Shown here piece after piece: positions 1 through 10,168 of a stretch of DNA of 64,000 bases (within the stretch, counting starts at the first letter, position 1; every line of letters starts with the position of its first letter). The DNA is taken from IMG/VR virus record IMGVR_UViG_3300025759_009745, one strand, 5' to 3'. This DNA is from an uncultured virus (IMG/VR IMGVR_UViG_3300025759_009745) (Duplodnaviria > Heunggongvirae > Uroviricota > Caudoviricetes). The notes beneath the pieces were generated by a model. That model had not been told where the DNA came from. It made no database searches and was given only the letters and a program-made list of their open reading frames with translations. The position numbers and the translations under genes were made by a program.

Positions 1-2
1 CG

Positions 3-542
3 GACAATGAATATGCCTCAGAAATTTTCTTTCACTTCTTTGAAAAAATGACTGAGGAAGATAGATTGTCTATGGGTAAGAGAACCAGAGAAAATTTTGA
101 AAAGCACTATCAGTGGCATTTAAGTGGTTCTGTATGGGAAAAGTTTTTTGATGAAACAGATCCAATACCTTTTGATCTCGGATGGGGTTCACCAACTAAG
201 TTGCATGAGCCTCAACCAAACTTTGACCCACCAGAAAATGTAAAGCATAAAGAATTAGCAAGGTGGTTGATAGTTAATGTATTAGGAGATCCATCTAAGC
301 TAAACACTTATTTTGAATCTAGAATGACAAGAGATTTAATATATAGACAATCTACTGCGTCTACAGGCGGTATGTATCACAATGAAAATAGTCAACTTTT
401 TGCTGGTCAAAACTTTAGGCAGCCATTTGATTTTAAGAAAGCTTACGAGCAAATGAGAAGAATGTGCGAAAAAAGGAACCACTGGGAAAAGACCAGAGAG
501 CAAAGAGTAAACCAACTAAAAGGAGAGGTTAATGGACAATGA
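3..542 (+). CDS. C-terminal part of a probable GT4-type glycosyltransferase (5'-truncated by window edge)
   Basis: Frame is open from base 3 (DNEYASEIFFHFFEKMTEED...). 'MGKRTRENFEKHYQW...WEKFF' resembles the GT-B C-terminal helix. Lies in a GT cluster. Confidence 0.55.
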   Translation, partial: DNEYASEIFFHFFEKMTEEDRLSMGKRTRENFEKHYQWHLSGSVWEKFFDETDPIPFDLGWGSPTKLHEPQPNFDPPENVKHKELARWLIVNVLGDPSKLNTYFESRMTRDLIYRQSTASTGGMYHNENSQLFAGQNFRQPFDFKKAYEQMRRMCEKRNHWEKTREQRVNQLKGEVNGQ

Positions 543-1071
543 GGCGCATGAATTTGCCTATAATGTATTGTTCTCTGGGGCGCCAAATAAAATAAATGCA
601 CCGACTAGAGACTATATATTTAATACAATACTTGACTCGTTTATGGAGAAACCAGTCAAAGTTTTTCAAGTTGGGTGTATCGAAACTTTCGATGTAAGAT
701 GGAGAGTAGGTTCTGGATGGAGTGATCTTATATTTGGAGAATATATAAAAGAACATGGAGGCAGTCTCACGTTGTGCGACATAAGTCTAGACAATGTTGC
801 TAAATCTTTTTTTGCTGCTAAATCTTTAGGGTATGAAGCAAATTTTGTTATCGGTGATGCAATCAGACATATAGGCAACGATGATTATGATATCTATTAT
901 TTAGATGGGGGTAATGACCCGAAGGAAACATTTGACCAATATATGGCGATAAAGGATAAAAAAGCAGTAATTATTGTTGACGACTTTAATATTAAAGGCA
1001 CCCTATTGAGTCATTTACCTTTTCGTAGGGAACCAGTAGCTAATCATGTTGGAGTATTAGATCAAAGATGA
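532..1071 (+). CDS. Class I SAM-dependent methyltransferase (Methyltransf_24-like)
   Basis: VFQVGC motif I-like, LTLCDIS, GDAI, YDIYYLDGG, IIVDD; RBS GGAGAGG upstream. Confidence 0.7.
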   Translation: MDNEAHEFAYNVLFSGAPNKINAPTRDYIFNTILDSFMEKPVKVFQVGCIETFDVRWRVGSGWSDLIFGEYIKEHGGSLTLCDISLDNVAKSFFAAKSLGYEANFVIGDAIRHIGNDDYDIYYLDGGNDPKETFDQYMAIKDKKAVIIVDDFNIKGTLLSHLPFRREPVANHVGVLDQR

Positions 1072-2207
1072 AAATTTTATACATAGGACATTATAAAGAA
1101 TTTGGCGGCTGGTCCCAAGCGGCAACTGATTATATTTTAGCTCTGGATAGGGCAGGAGTTGATGTTGTTTGCAGAAACGTAACTCTGACTAGAGACAGAG
1201 AAGATATTGATACAAAACTAAAAGAACTAGAAAGAAAAAGTACAAAAGGGTGTGATGTTTGCATACAACATGTACTGCCGCACCATTTAGTCAAGTATTC
1301 TGGGTTTAAGAAGAATATTGGATTTTTAGCCTCTGAGTCTACAAGTATAAAACACCTCAACTGGTTTGATTACTTGAAGCTGATGGATGAGCTATGGGTT
1401 CCTAACAATCAGCTTAAAGAGACACTCGAAAATGATGGAATTTCAATGCCGGTGCATGTTGTTCCACATACTTTTGATTTAAACAAGTATAAGACACGTT
1501 ACCCAGAAATATCAATACCAAATACGCAAGACAATTTTAAATTCTATTATATCGGAGATATGAATGATAGAAAAAACCTTGAGTGTATATTAACCTGTTT
1601 CTATTCTGAGTTTTTACCTTCGGAAAATGTTTCATTAATATTAAAGGTAAACAAGTTTGGTTGCTCTCCGAAGCAAGTAGAAGAACTAGTAAATCAAAAA
1701 GTAGAAAAGGTTAAAAATGATTTAAGAATGTACCATAATATAGACAAGTACAAGAAATCTGTTATAATTTCTTCTATGGCTACGTCAGAACAAATTTGTT
1801 CACTTCATCAATACTGCGATTCTTTTTTGGGTCCGTCTCATGGAGAAGCTTGGTCTATTCCGGCGTTTGAGGCTATGTGTTTTGGCAATAGCCCCATATG
1901 CTCTAACTTTGGTGGACCTAAAGACTTTATTGATAAAACGAACTGGAGAACTGGAAATTTAATAGATGGAACGTATATTGTCTGTAAGTGTTCTGACGCT
2001 GCGTTTCCAGACCTTTTTACCGGAAGGGAATATTGGTTTCAACCTTCTGAAATAGACCTTAGAAACCAAATGAGAACCTCTTACGAGTCTTGGAGTAAAG
2101 ATAGGATAGCATACAAAAATAAAAATCAATCAGCCGCCCTTAAAAGGGCAGAGATGTTTTCTTATAAAACCGTTGCACATTTAATGTTGGAGAAAATAAA
2201 TGAGTAG
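1068..2207 (+). CDS. Glycosyltransferase family 4 (GT-B)
   Basis: MKILYIG start, DELWVP, RKN, PSHGEAWSIPAFEAMCFG (EX7E motif), SNFGG. Confidence 0.9.
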   Translation: MKILYIGHYKEFGGWSQAATDYILALDRAGVDVVCRNVTLTRDREDIDTKLKELERKSTKGCDVCIQHVLPHHLVKYSGFKKNIGFLASESTSIKHLNWFDYLKLMDELWVPNNQLKETLENDGISMPVHVVPHTFDLNKYKTRYPEISIPNTQDNFKFYYIGDMNDRKNLECILTCFYSEFLPSENVSLILKVNKFGCSPKQVEELVNQKVEKVKNDLRMYHNIDKYKKSVIISSMATSEQICSLHQYCDSFLGPSHGEAWSIPAFEAMCFGNSPICSNFGGPKDFIDKTNWRTGNLIDGTYIVCKCSDAAFPDLFTGREYWFQPSEIDLRNQMRTSYESWSKDRIAYKNKNQSAALKRAEMFSYKTVAHLMLEKINE

Positions 2208-3189
2208 TCAAACACTTTCAATACTCTCAAAAAGAGAGAGTAAAAAGAAGTATAATATATTAACTTTTTCTACACATGAGAGATACGAATCTGACTTATG
2301 CTTAACAGGGCATAATTTTTATGCTTTTAATTACGAAGGATCTAAAGAGTGGGACCGATCTTACGCTGATGTTCCAGAAAATTATTACATACTACCAAAA
2401 GCAACAATCCCAAATGGGATACAGATTGACTTTATACTGGCGCATAGCAAGTTTGGTCAACTACAAAAAGCTTTTGAGATAGCACAAGTCTTAAAAGTTC
2501 CAATTGCTTGTATGGAACATACAGTACCCACTCCCAACATGACTAATGACCAACTAAATTATATGAGGTCAATAAAAGGTCACGTAAACATATTTAATAC
2601 AGAGTACAACAAGTCTGCATGGGGTTATGATTTTGGAGCATTTGTTGCTCCACATAATGTAGACACTGAATTGTTTTCTCCAATGAAAAATGGCGAAAAA
2701 GAAGTACAAGTACTAAGCGTTGCCAATGATTATATCAACAGAGATTATTGCCTTAATTTTTCTGGCTGGCAAAGAATAACCAAAGACTTGCCAGTAAGAG
2801 TTGTCGGAAATACTCCTGGCTTATCTAAAGCAGCAGAGTCGGTGCAAGATTTGGCAAACGAATATAAATCTTCTCTCGTTTTCTTAAATACATCAACGTA
2901 TAGTCCCGTACCAACCTCCCTGCTTGAAGCTATGGCGTGTGGCTGTGCCGTTGTTAGTATGGCAACGTGCGAAATACCAAAAATAATAGATCATACTACA
3001 AATGGGTTTATTTCTAATAACGAAGAAGAACTAAGAAAGTATATAAAAATGCTATTCGATGAGCCAGAACTGGCGATATCTATGGGAAAATTAGCTAGGC
3101 AAAAAATAATTCTAGATTTTTCAGCAGAAAAATTTATTTCAAAATGGAATAATATATTTGACAAAACATATTCTACTCAAATTCTTTAG
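2200..3189 (+). CDS. Glycosyltransferase family 4 (GT-B)
   Basis: VDTELFSP, VFLNTS..SPVPTSLLEAMACGCAVVS, IIDHTTNGF, MGKLARQ. Confidence 0.9.
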   Translation: MSSQTLSILSKRESKKKYNILTFSTHERYESDLCLTGHNFYAFNYEGSKEWDRSYADVPENYYILPKATIPNGIQIDFILAHSKFGQLQKAFEIAQVLKVPIACMEHTVPTPNMTNDQLNYMRSIKGHVNIFNTEYNKSAWGYDFGAFVAPHNVDTELFSPMKNGEKEVQVLSVANDYINRDYCLNFSGWQRITKDLPVRVVGNTPGLSKAAESVQDLANEYKSSLVFLNTSTYSPVPTSLLEAMACGCAVVSMATCEIPKIIDHTTNGFISNNEEELRKYIKMLFDEPELAISMGKLARQKIILDFSAEKFISKWNNIFDKTYSTQIL

Positions 3190-3197
3190 GAAATATT

Positions 3198-3626
3198 ATG
3201 ACTAAACTACAAATATTGACTTCGCCCTCTCATCCAGTAGTAGGGTTTGATTACATTAATTTACAACCTACTGAGCAGTTAGATTCTAAACTTTCAAGTT
3301 ACTCAGATAATCAATGTGAGCTAATTCTCGCTGCGGAACTAATAGATCAGGTAGAGAGTGAAAACATAAACGAAATCTTATCAAAAATATGTTCAAAACT
3401 TAGACTAGGAGGAAAATTAGTCGTAGGAGGCACAGACTTAAATCTTTTTTGCAAAAGTGTTAATAACGATCTAATAAACGAAAAAAGTGCATCTCATCAT
3501 GTGGGCGCCTGTAAATCTATGTTAACTATCTCTAGCGTAGAAAAATTATTGGCAGGTCTAGGATTACAATTAGAATACTCTAGAATAAATGGAACAACAT
3601 ATGAAGTCTCAGGAATTAGAAGGTGA
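3198..3626 (+). CDS. Methyltransferase-like protein, apparently degenerate
   Basis: CELILAAELID...ILSKICSKLRLGGKLVV resembles methyltransferase motifs II/III; no GxG motif I. Confidence 0.45.
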   Translation: MTKLQILTSPSHPVVGFDYINLQPTEQLDSKLSSYSDNQCELILAAELIDQVESENINEILSKICSKLRLGGKLVVGGTDLNLFCKSVNNDLINEKSASHHVGACKSMLTISSVEKLLAGLGLQLEYSRINGTTYEVSGIRR

Positions 3627-4371
3627 TTTTAAAAGTAAAACAGGTTGTAAAAAATGTGTTTTTTGTCAGACAGAAGCAACAACAGAGGGAGAATTAGAAC
3701 TTCAAACAGGATGTTTTGCCAATAGGCTTGATGTTTTCAAAAAAAGAAACGAAGCAAAACAATTCAATGGGTTTTACGAAATAGATAGGGTCTGTAACTA
3801 TTACAGAACGAAAAAAGAAAATTCCTCACCAGAGAAAGAGCTAAGACTGGTAAAGGATCAAGTCGTTCCTTCTTTTGGTATTGTTGTTTGCTTAAATGAA
3901 ACAGATCAAGACGAGTCCATAGAAAAAACTATAGATTCTATTACAAAGATAGATACCGATAAGTTTAAAGTTTCTGTGATCCTTAAATCACCATTGGTGC
4001 AAACTACTATCTCTAAGCTAGTAAACATATCTAATCAGCTAAAGATAAACAACAAGATTAAAAACCGATTAGTATTTAATATGTCTAACGCTCCAGAGTC
4101 AGTGAAGGACTACGATACATACAAATACATCTCTAATAAAAACTTTTTTATTCAAATAAATCAAGGGCAAAAAGTTCCAGACAACTTCCTAGAAGAAGTC
4201 AACGATTTAATAAATGAAAAACTAGAGAGAGTTCTCATGTATGAAAAAAGCGGAGTCATAGCCACTTCCTCTAGCCTAGTAAAAAAGAGGTACTTGGATT
4301 TTGGTGATTACGAGTTGATGATAAAAGAATTAAAAAAAGAACTAGAATTAAGTGAATTTTATAAAACATGA
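3589..4371 (+). CDS. Hypothetical protein: Cys-rich N-terminus plus GT2-like region
   Basis: CKKCVFC...C...CNYYR, then FGIVV...EKTIDSI resembling a GT2 N-terminus; no DxD. Confidence 0.4.
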   Translation: MEQHMKSQELEGDFKSKTGCKKCVFCQTEATTEGELELQTGCFANRLDVFKKRNEAKQFNGFYEIDRVCNYYRTKKENSSPEKELRLVKDQVVPSFGIVVCLNETDQDESIEKTIDSITKIDTDKFKVSVILKSPLVQTTISKLVNISNQLKINNKIKNRLVFNMSNAPESVKDYDTYKYISNKNFFIQINQGQKVPDNFLEEVNDLINEKLERVLMYEKSGVIATSSSLVKKRYLDFGDYELMIKELKKELELSEFYKT

Positions 4372-5132
4372 AAACATCGAACTACATTACTAGCCCAAAA
4401 AATAAGCTTCGTAGAGATGTAAAAAAATTCATAACTTTCATAATATTGGCAGAAAATCATGGATACAGAATGAAGTCTCATGGGCCAATACCTTTACTTA
4501 AAATGGGTAAAACTACTTTACTAGAAAAGCAAATAAACATTATCAAGTCTTGCTTTCTTAATTACGAAATTATAATTTGTACTGGGTTTAAAGCGGAAAA
4601 GTTAAATTTCTTTATAAACAAAAACATAAAAGAAAACGTAAGAATAGTAGAAAATCAGATACACAATAATACAAACTGTTGCGAGAGCGTAAGACTTTGC
4701 CTAAATAATACTAGAAATTCTAGTATATTCATACAGAGGGCGGATACATTATTTTATTCTGAGAATTATCTTTCCATCGACTACAAAGAAAATTCAATAA
4801 TGACACAAGACAGTCACGGTATAAGTAAATTTGAAACCTCATCAATAGAGAACAACAGAAATTTACAAAGTCTTTGTTTAGGGCTAAAAAACAATTTTTG
4901 GGTTGAAAATCTCTATCTTAATGATAGAATATCTATTAACAACTTTTCTAACATTATTTCCTCGGTAGATTTTAAAACTAAGTTCTTGTTTGAGGCTATA
5001 AATGATTTCTGCGAAAAGAACACAGTGAAAGTTTACAAGAACTCCCAAACAGAAATAGTAAAGTATAATAACATAAAAACATTAAAAGGAACAACGTATG
5101 AGAATACTAATTCAAAATTACAGCACCATTAA
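4368..5132 (+). CDS. NTP-transferase-like protein (LicC/sugar-phosphate nucleotidyltransferase fold), divergent
   Basis: FIILAENHGYRMKSHGPIPLLK..TLLEKQI, IIICTGFKAE, NTNCCESVRL. Confidence 0.65.
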   Translation: MKTSNYITSPKNKLRRDVKKFITFIILAENHGYRMKSHGPIPLLKMGKTTLLEKQINIIKSCFLNYEIIICTGFKAEKLNFFINKNIKENVRIVENQIHNNTNCCESVRLCLNNTRNSSIFIQRADTLFYSENYLSIDYKENSIMTQDSHGISKFETSSIENNRNLQSLCLGLKNNFWVENLYLNDRISINNFSNIISSVDFKTKFLFEAINDFCEKNTVKVYKNSQTEIVKYNNIKTLKGTTYENTNSKLQHH

Positions 5133-5946
5133 CAGCAATGAGCCAATATATCTTAACAATGGTATAAACAATTTAAACAACAAATTTGTTAGTGCCGTAT
5201 GGTCTAACAATCAACAAAGCGTATTTGACACTTTTGACAGATACCAACCTAATATTTTAGTGTGTCATGCTGGATTAATTACAAACGACCTCGTAAAGTA
5301 CTTGTCTTTAAACAAAGAAAAAGACATCAAGTTGATTGTAAATATTTCGGGCTTAAATTCTAATCTTAAAGAGATAGAAGATAAGTTTGAACAAATGAAT
5401 ATAAAGCCATTGTTTATGTACTCTAATGAGTATTCATCCTTAGAAACCAAAAAACCTGAGAAAAATAAATTTGTTAGACTTTTACCGGCTGCAAATATAG
5501 ATGAAATTGACTTAAATGGACCTAAATACAAGATAGACACTGCCATATTAGCTGTAGAAAACTCAGAAAAACTTAATAAAGTATGTGGTGAAAAAACTGT
5601 CTACCACAAAATAAAAATAGGCAATGAGCCAGATCCAAATTTTGACTTTCATGTTAATTGTAGTACTATGTTCCCGCTTTATAATAACTATAAAAGCCTA
5701 ATACTTGTCGGAAAAGTCAAAGATGTTTGCGGTCAAATATTTTTCGACAGCTTGCTAAAAAGTCAAAACATGTCTCTAAAGATCGAAGATGAAGAAAATT
5801 TTCCCAAGTTTTTAGAAGAAGTTTTTGACGAACAGGAAGTTGATGATGAAAATGTATTAAAAATACTAAGAGAGCAGATAAGATCCAATCATACTTCAAA
5901 ACAAAGGGTCGAACAATTCATAAAAGAGATAGAGGCTTGTTTATGA
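5098..5946 (+). CDS. Hypothetical protein, possible divergent GT-B/CgeB-like glycosyltransferase
   Basis: MRILI start, YQPNILV, C-terminal IRSNHTSKQRVEQF like the CgeB-type HT..xR end; context. Confidence 0.4.
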   Translation: MRILIQNYSTINSNEPIYLNNGINNLNNKFVSAVWSNNQQSVFDTFDRYQPNILVCHAGLITNDLVKYLSLNKEKDIKLIVNISGLNSNLKEIEDKFEQMNIKPLFMYSNEYSSLETKKPEKNKFVRLLPAANIDEIDLNGPKYKIDTAILAVENSEKLNKVCGEKTVYHKIKIGNEPDPNFDFHVNCSTMFPLYNNYKSLILVGKVKDVCGQIFFDSLLKSQNMSLKIEDEENFPKFLEEVFDEQEVDDENVLKILREQIRSNHTSKQRVEQFIKEIEACL

Positions 5947-6653
5947 AAATTCTAGTTCAATTTCCAACATACGGTCGCGCCGATAAGTTTCTTAATGTTT
6001 TTGAACAATACATAGAAACTAGTAGTGGAAAGCATGATATATTCTTCAATATTAATTGCGATCAATCTGACATGACTATGATAGACCCTTATGTTGGCAG
6101 CCAAATCACTAAATTAATCACGAAAAACCGCTGGGTAATGGGTGCTGTAAACTTCGATTATGATACTAATAAAATTAGTGCTATTAATAATCACATCGAA
6201 GGTAAAGATTTTGATATTGTAGTTTGTGCTAGTGATGACATGGTTCCAAAGGCTTGGGGTTGGGACAATGAAATAGCTATTGCTATGAATCAATATTTTC
6301 CAGATTTAGACGGTTGCGTACACTTTGACGACGGGAACACAAATGGCGAACTTATTACATTTTCTATTCTTGGCCGTGTGCTGTACCAAAACTTTGGATA
6401 CATATATCACCCAGATTACAAAAGTTTGTACTGTGATGACGAATTCACGCAACAAGTAAAAAACATGAAGAAAGAGCAATACATAAACAAAAAAATTATT
6501 TCTCATGAGCATTGGAGTATAGAGGGTTCAGAGAACCATAATAAAGTAGACGTAGCTGTTCAAAAAACTCTTTATTACTCTGGTAGAGATAAAATGGTTT
6601 TTGAAAAAAGAAAAGAACTAGGATTCCCAAAACATAGAATAACAAACGATTAG
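5943..6653 (+). CDS. Glycosyltransferase family 2-like
   Basis: ILVQFPTYGR, ISAIN, DIVVCASDDM, YCDDEFT, IISHEH; ATG at 5943 overlaps upstream stop (ATGA). Confidence 0.8.
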   Translation: MKILVQFPTYGRADKFLNVFEQYIETSSGKHDIFFNINCDQSDMTMIDPYVGSQITKLITKNRWVMGAVNFDYDTNKISAINNHIEGKDFDIVVCASDDMVPKAWGWDNEIAIAMNQYFPDLDGCVHFDDGNTNGELITFSILGRVLYQNFGYIYHPDYKSLYCDDEFTQQVKNMKKEQYINKKIISHEHWSIEGSENHNKVDVAVQKTLYYSGRDKMVFEKRKELGFPKHRITND

Positions 6654-6661
6654 GAGAAAAG

Positions 6662-7327
6662 ATGGAAATATTAAGTCAACTACCTAACCTAATGGGACAT
6701 ATTGCTAATCAGGGTGTTTCATTATCAATAAAAGGTTGTATTCATATAGGTGCGCACGAAGGACAAGAATACCCCCTGTACGAAGCTTTTGGAATAGAAA
6801 ACTTGCTTTTCTATGAAGCATTACCAGACAACTTTAAAAAACTAGAAGAAAAACTCAAAGAATATAGCTTTAATTCACATAAAAATATAATCGTTGATGC
6901 CAGAAATGTCGCACTTGGAAATATAAATGGAACTGTAGAGATGCACCTAGAAGATAGAGGTTTGTCTTCTTCTGTTTTAAAGCCCAAAGTTCACCTATGG
7001 CAGTACCCAGGAATCAAGTTTGAAGAAAAAGAAACAGTTAAAATAACAAGACTGGACGATGAAGAATTTGACAGAGGGAAATATAACTTTATTAATATAG
7101 ACGTACAGGGATATGAATTAGAGGTTCTGAGAGGGGCAGAAGAAACGCTAAAACATGTAGACTTAATACTTGCAGAAGTAAACAAACAAGAAATGTACGA
7201 GGGTTGCGCCATGATTGATGAAATGGATGAATTTTTAGAAGAAAGAAATTTTCATAGGATTGCGACCTATTGGCAGCAAGATTATGGATCTTGGGGTGAT
7301 GCACTCTATTTAAAGGTGAATAAATGA
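6662..7327 (+). CDS. FkbM family methyltransferase
   Basis: IHIGAHEGQE, FYEALP, SSSVL, RLDD, FINIDVQGYELEVLRGA, WGDALY. Confidence 0.92.
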   Translation: MEILSQLPNLMGHIANQGVSLSIKGCIHIGAHEGQEYPLYEAFGIENLLFYEALPDNFKKLEEKLKEYSFNSHKNIIVDARNVALGNINGTVEMHLEDRGLSSSVLKPKVHLWQYPGIKFEEKETVKITRLDDEEFDRGKYNFINIDVQGYELEVLRGAEETLKHVDLILAEVNKQEMYEGCAMIDEMDEFLEERNFHRIATYWQQDYGSWGDALYLKVNK

Positions 7328-7932
7328 GATTATATACAACTTTTACCCCCTCGCATAAAGTTTTATATGAAAACTATTTTCTAAAAACTTTGCCTAATGA
7401 GTTTGATCTACACGTAGTAGAAGATTCAGAACAGTCATGCCCAACCGGATCGTTCTACCAAGAGGGGTGGGACAAAACTTGCTACAAGAAAGTAGAACTA
7501 TTCATAAAAGCTTGTGAAGAAAGTATGGGAGAACACTTTTTTTACTGCGATGTTGATGTGCAGTTTTTTGGCGATATAACCAAGCAGCTTCTGTCAGAAC
7601 TTGAAGATTTTGATATAGCCTGTCAAGACGATATAACCACGTTCAGTTCAGGTGTTTACATTTGCAAGGCAAATGAGACTACACTTAAAATGTTCCAAAC
7701 AATGAAAGAAAAGTACAACAAAGAAGATCAAACAACCTTAAACGATCAGATACACATGTGTAAACATAAAAAACTATCACATAAATTTTTCACTTTTGGT
7801 CATATTGTACCTAGACCCTGGAATGGTGAATTTTTTAAAGTACCAAAGGGCATATTGGTGCATCACGCAAACTGGGTCGTAGGCATAGAAAACAAAATGA
7901 GAATTATGGATTATGTTAGAGCAAACATTTGA
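7324..7932 (+). CDS. Nucleotide-diphospho-sugar transferase (GT77-like)
   Basis: FFYCDVDVQF (DxD), DIACQDD, SSGVY, EDQTTLN, VHHANW..GIENK. Confidence 0.8.
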   Translation: MRLYTTFTPSHKVLYENYFLKTLPNEFDLHVVEDSEQSCPTGSFYQEGWDKTCYKKVELFIKACEESMGEHFFYCDVDVQFFGDITKQLLSELEDFDIACQDDITTFSSGVYICKANETTLKMFQTMKEKYNKEDQTTLNDQIHMCKHKKLSHKFFTFGHIVPRPWNGEFFKVPKGILVHHANWVVGIENKMRIMDYVRANI

Positions 7933-8749
7933 AAAATATAGACCTTCGCCCTGTTATCCTGTATATCCACCTTATCATACGGGATTGTACTTAGAAGATT
8001 ATTTTTACGACTGGTACTATAAAAATAATATAGAGACGCAAAGAATTTTAATTCCCGTAAGCTGGACTACTTGTTATATTGAAAATAAAGACTCTGGACT
8101 ACAAGGGGTTTTGGATAACTTAGATGAATCAAAAAAGTATTTTACTGTATGTCAATTTGACGATGGTATAAAGCATCGACTACCCAAAGATACGATTCAA
8201 TTTAATGCGGGTGGAAATAGCGGCGGAATTCCAATACCTTTGATTTGTTCTAAGGTTCCACTAAGAGACATAGAAAATTTTAAATCAGAAAAAACAAAAC
8301 TATGTTCATTTGTTGGCTCGATAACGCATAGTATTAGAACGCAAATGTGTAGAGAGTTTGCAGATAAAGATAATTGTGAATTATTTGTAAAGCAGTGGAA
8401 CCCATCGGTAAAAGAGAATGAGTACCAAACATACCTATCTTCTGCCCTAGCGAGCAAATTTTTATTATGCCCAAGGGGTTATGGCTTAAATTCGTTCAGG
8501 CTGTACGAAGCGTTCCAGCTTGGTTGTGTGCCTGTTGTTATATCTGATGAAAACTTCCTTCCTTGGTCAGATGAGCTAAATTGGAATGAGTTTTCTGTTA
8601 TCACAAATACATGTGAAAACTTATACTTTAAGCTTGAAAATATCAGCGACACAGACTATAATAAATTGTTAGAGGTTGGGCAAAGACTTTTCCAAGATTA
8701 TTTTTGCCTTGATGGATTATGCAAACAAATAAAAAAGAGAGTGAAATGA
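7913..8749 (+). CDS. Exostosin family (GT47-like) glycosyltransferase
   Basis: CSFVGSITHSIR, SKFLLCPRGYGLNSFRLYEAFQLGCVPVVISD..LPWSDELNW. Confidence 0.88.
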   Translation: MLEQTFEKYRPSPCYPVYPPYHTGLYLEDYFYDWYYKNNIETQRILIPVSWTTCYIENKDSGLQGVLDNLDESKKYFTVCQFDDGIKHRLPKDTIQFNAGGNSGGIPIPLICSKVPLRDIENFKSEKTKLCSFVGSITHSIRTQMCREFADKDNCELFVKQWNPSVKENEYQTYLSSALASKFLLCPRGYGLNSFRLYEAFQLGCVPVVISDENFLPWSDELNWNEFSVITNTCENLYFKLENISDTDYNKLLEVGQRLFQDYFCLDGLCKQIKKRVK

Positions 8750-8802
8750 TAAAAAATATTTATGGAAAACTCAATAGACCTAATAGAGTGGTATTAAAAT
8801 GA
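8746..8802 (+). CDS. 18-aa mini-ORF MIKNIYGKLNRPNRVVLK bridging two glycosyltransferase genes
   Basis: ATGA overlaps with the upstream stop (8746-8749) and the downstream start (8799-8802); not in the supplied ORF track. Confidence 0.4.
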   Translation: MIKNIYGKLNRPNRVVLK

Positions 8803-9542
8803 AATATTTATTAGTAATAGCTAACTACAAGGATTATAGGCAAGAATTTTTTGATAATCATATATCACCCAGAAATAAAGAGTATTGTAAAAAGCACAAT
8901 TTTGAATACATAGAGCTAAAAGATGACTTGAAGCCAATAAGGGGCAAGTTGGGTTGGATAAAAGCATTTAAAGTGTGTCACATGCTTAATAACGAACTCA
9001 AAGAGAATGACATACTTACCTGCTTGGATGCAGATATGGCTATACATAAGATTGATTTCGACTACACGACTAATAAATCATTCTCTTATTCAATAGACTC
9101 TGGAAATACTCATTGTATGGGGTCTTATTCTGTAAAAGTAAACGACTGGACAAAGAATCTATTTAATTTAATTACCTGTGAAGAAAGATATAAAAAATTA
9201 AATAAACCTTCTCTCCATCCAGCTTTTAATTCTTTTGATAGTTTTTGGGAAAGTCATTACGACCAAGCCTCATGGTATTCACTGGCTGGAATTGTAAGGC
9301 ACTCCTGGGTTCCATTCTTCAATTTACCAAACTCTGGTTGGCATACAGACAAAAATGAGGACACGGTTTTTTGCTTAAAAGAACTGTACGATAATGTAGA
9401 GATTCTGCCAACAAAGTGGAACGTAACAGAAATGCCAGGAGAATCTGACTGTCATTTTAATATCAACCCAGTAGAGAGAAAAGATGTTATTATAAGACAC
9501 TTTGCCGGTCAACAAAAATGGAGAGAAGAATGGTTAAACTAA
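8799..9542 (+). CDS. GT34-like (galactosyl/xylosyltransferase-like) GT-A protein
   Basis: NKEYCKKHNFEY, WIK, TCLDADMAI (DxD), YDQA, WNV, IRHFAG. Confidence 0.7.
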   Translation: MKYLLVIANYKDYRQEFFDNHISPRNKEYCKKHNFEYIELKDDLKPIRGKLGWIKAFKVCHMLNNELKENDILTCLDADMAIHKIDFDYTTNKSFSYSIDSGNTHCMGSYSVKVNDWTKNLFNLITCEERYKKLNKPSLHPAFNSFDSFWESHYDQASWYSLAGIVRHSWVPFFNLPNSGWHTDKNEDTVFCLKELYDNVEILPTKWNVTEMPGESDCHFNINPVERKDVIIRHFAGQQKWREEWLN

Positions 9543-10168
9543 AAACTTTTTGTTTACATCACACCGGAGCGCCAAAGAGAAAGGAAAAGCTACTACCAGT
9601 TTTTGATAGGCTAGAAATTGATGTCGAGTGGGTAGAGAAGTTTCACCCATCAGAAATTGATACTTCTAAACTAAATTTGCAACACGATTTAAACATGGGA
9701 GAAATATCACTATACCTAAAACACCAATATTGCTATCAACAGCAAAAAGAGCATAAATATGAAAACATTCTAGTTTTTGAGGATGACATCATTCTACCAG
9801 AATGTACGGCTGGTGTTTTTGACGCATTTATTGACAACATTATTAAAGAGCTTGACTCTATTGAGGGAGACTTAGTTTTTATTGGTGAATGCTGCAACAT
9901 TAAGCCTAAAAAAATACAGCCGGGACAATATGTTTATTATCATCCTTCGTATCGCTCAAGATGCACTCACTGCTACTTATCTAACTATAGATGTGTAGAT
10001 GTTATTACAGAAGAACTAGAAAGTATAACCAACGCGATGGATTGGAGATTTAATGAAATTATTGAGAAAAGAAAACTAAAATCATGTTATAGCCATCCAA
10101 GTTTTCTCCAATCAACAGAAAGCCAACAAGAACCATCACTGCTGAGAAACGAACTATGGAAAAAATAA
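9518..10168 (+). CDS. Glycosyltransferase family 25-like
   Basis: GEISLYLKH, ILVFEDDI, RCTHCYL, AMDW. Confidence 0.8.
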   Translation: MERRMVKLKTFCLHHTGAPKRKEKLLPVFDRLEIDVEWVEKFHPSEIDTSKLNLQHDLNMGEISLYLKHQYCYQQQKEHKYENILVFEDDIILPECTAGVFDAFIDNIIKELDSIEGDLVFIGECCNIKPKKIQPGQYVYYHPSYRSRCTHCYLSNYRCVDVITEELESITNAMDWRFNEIIEKRKLKSCYSHPSFLQSTESQQEPSLLRNELWKK

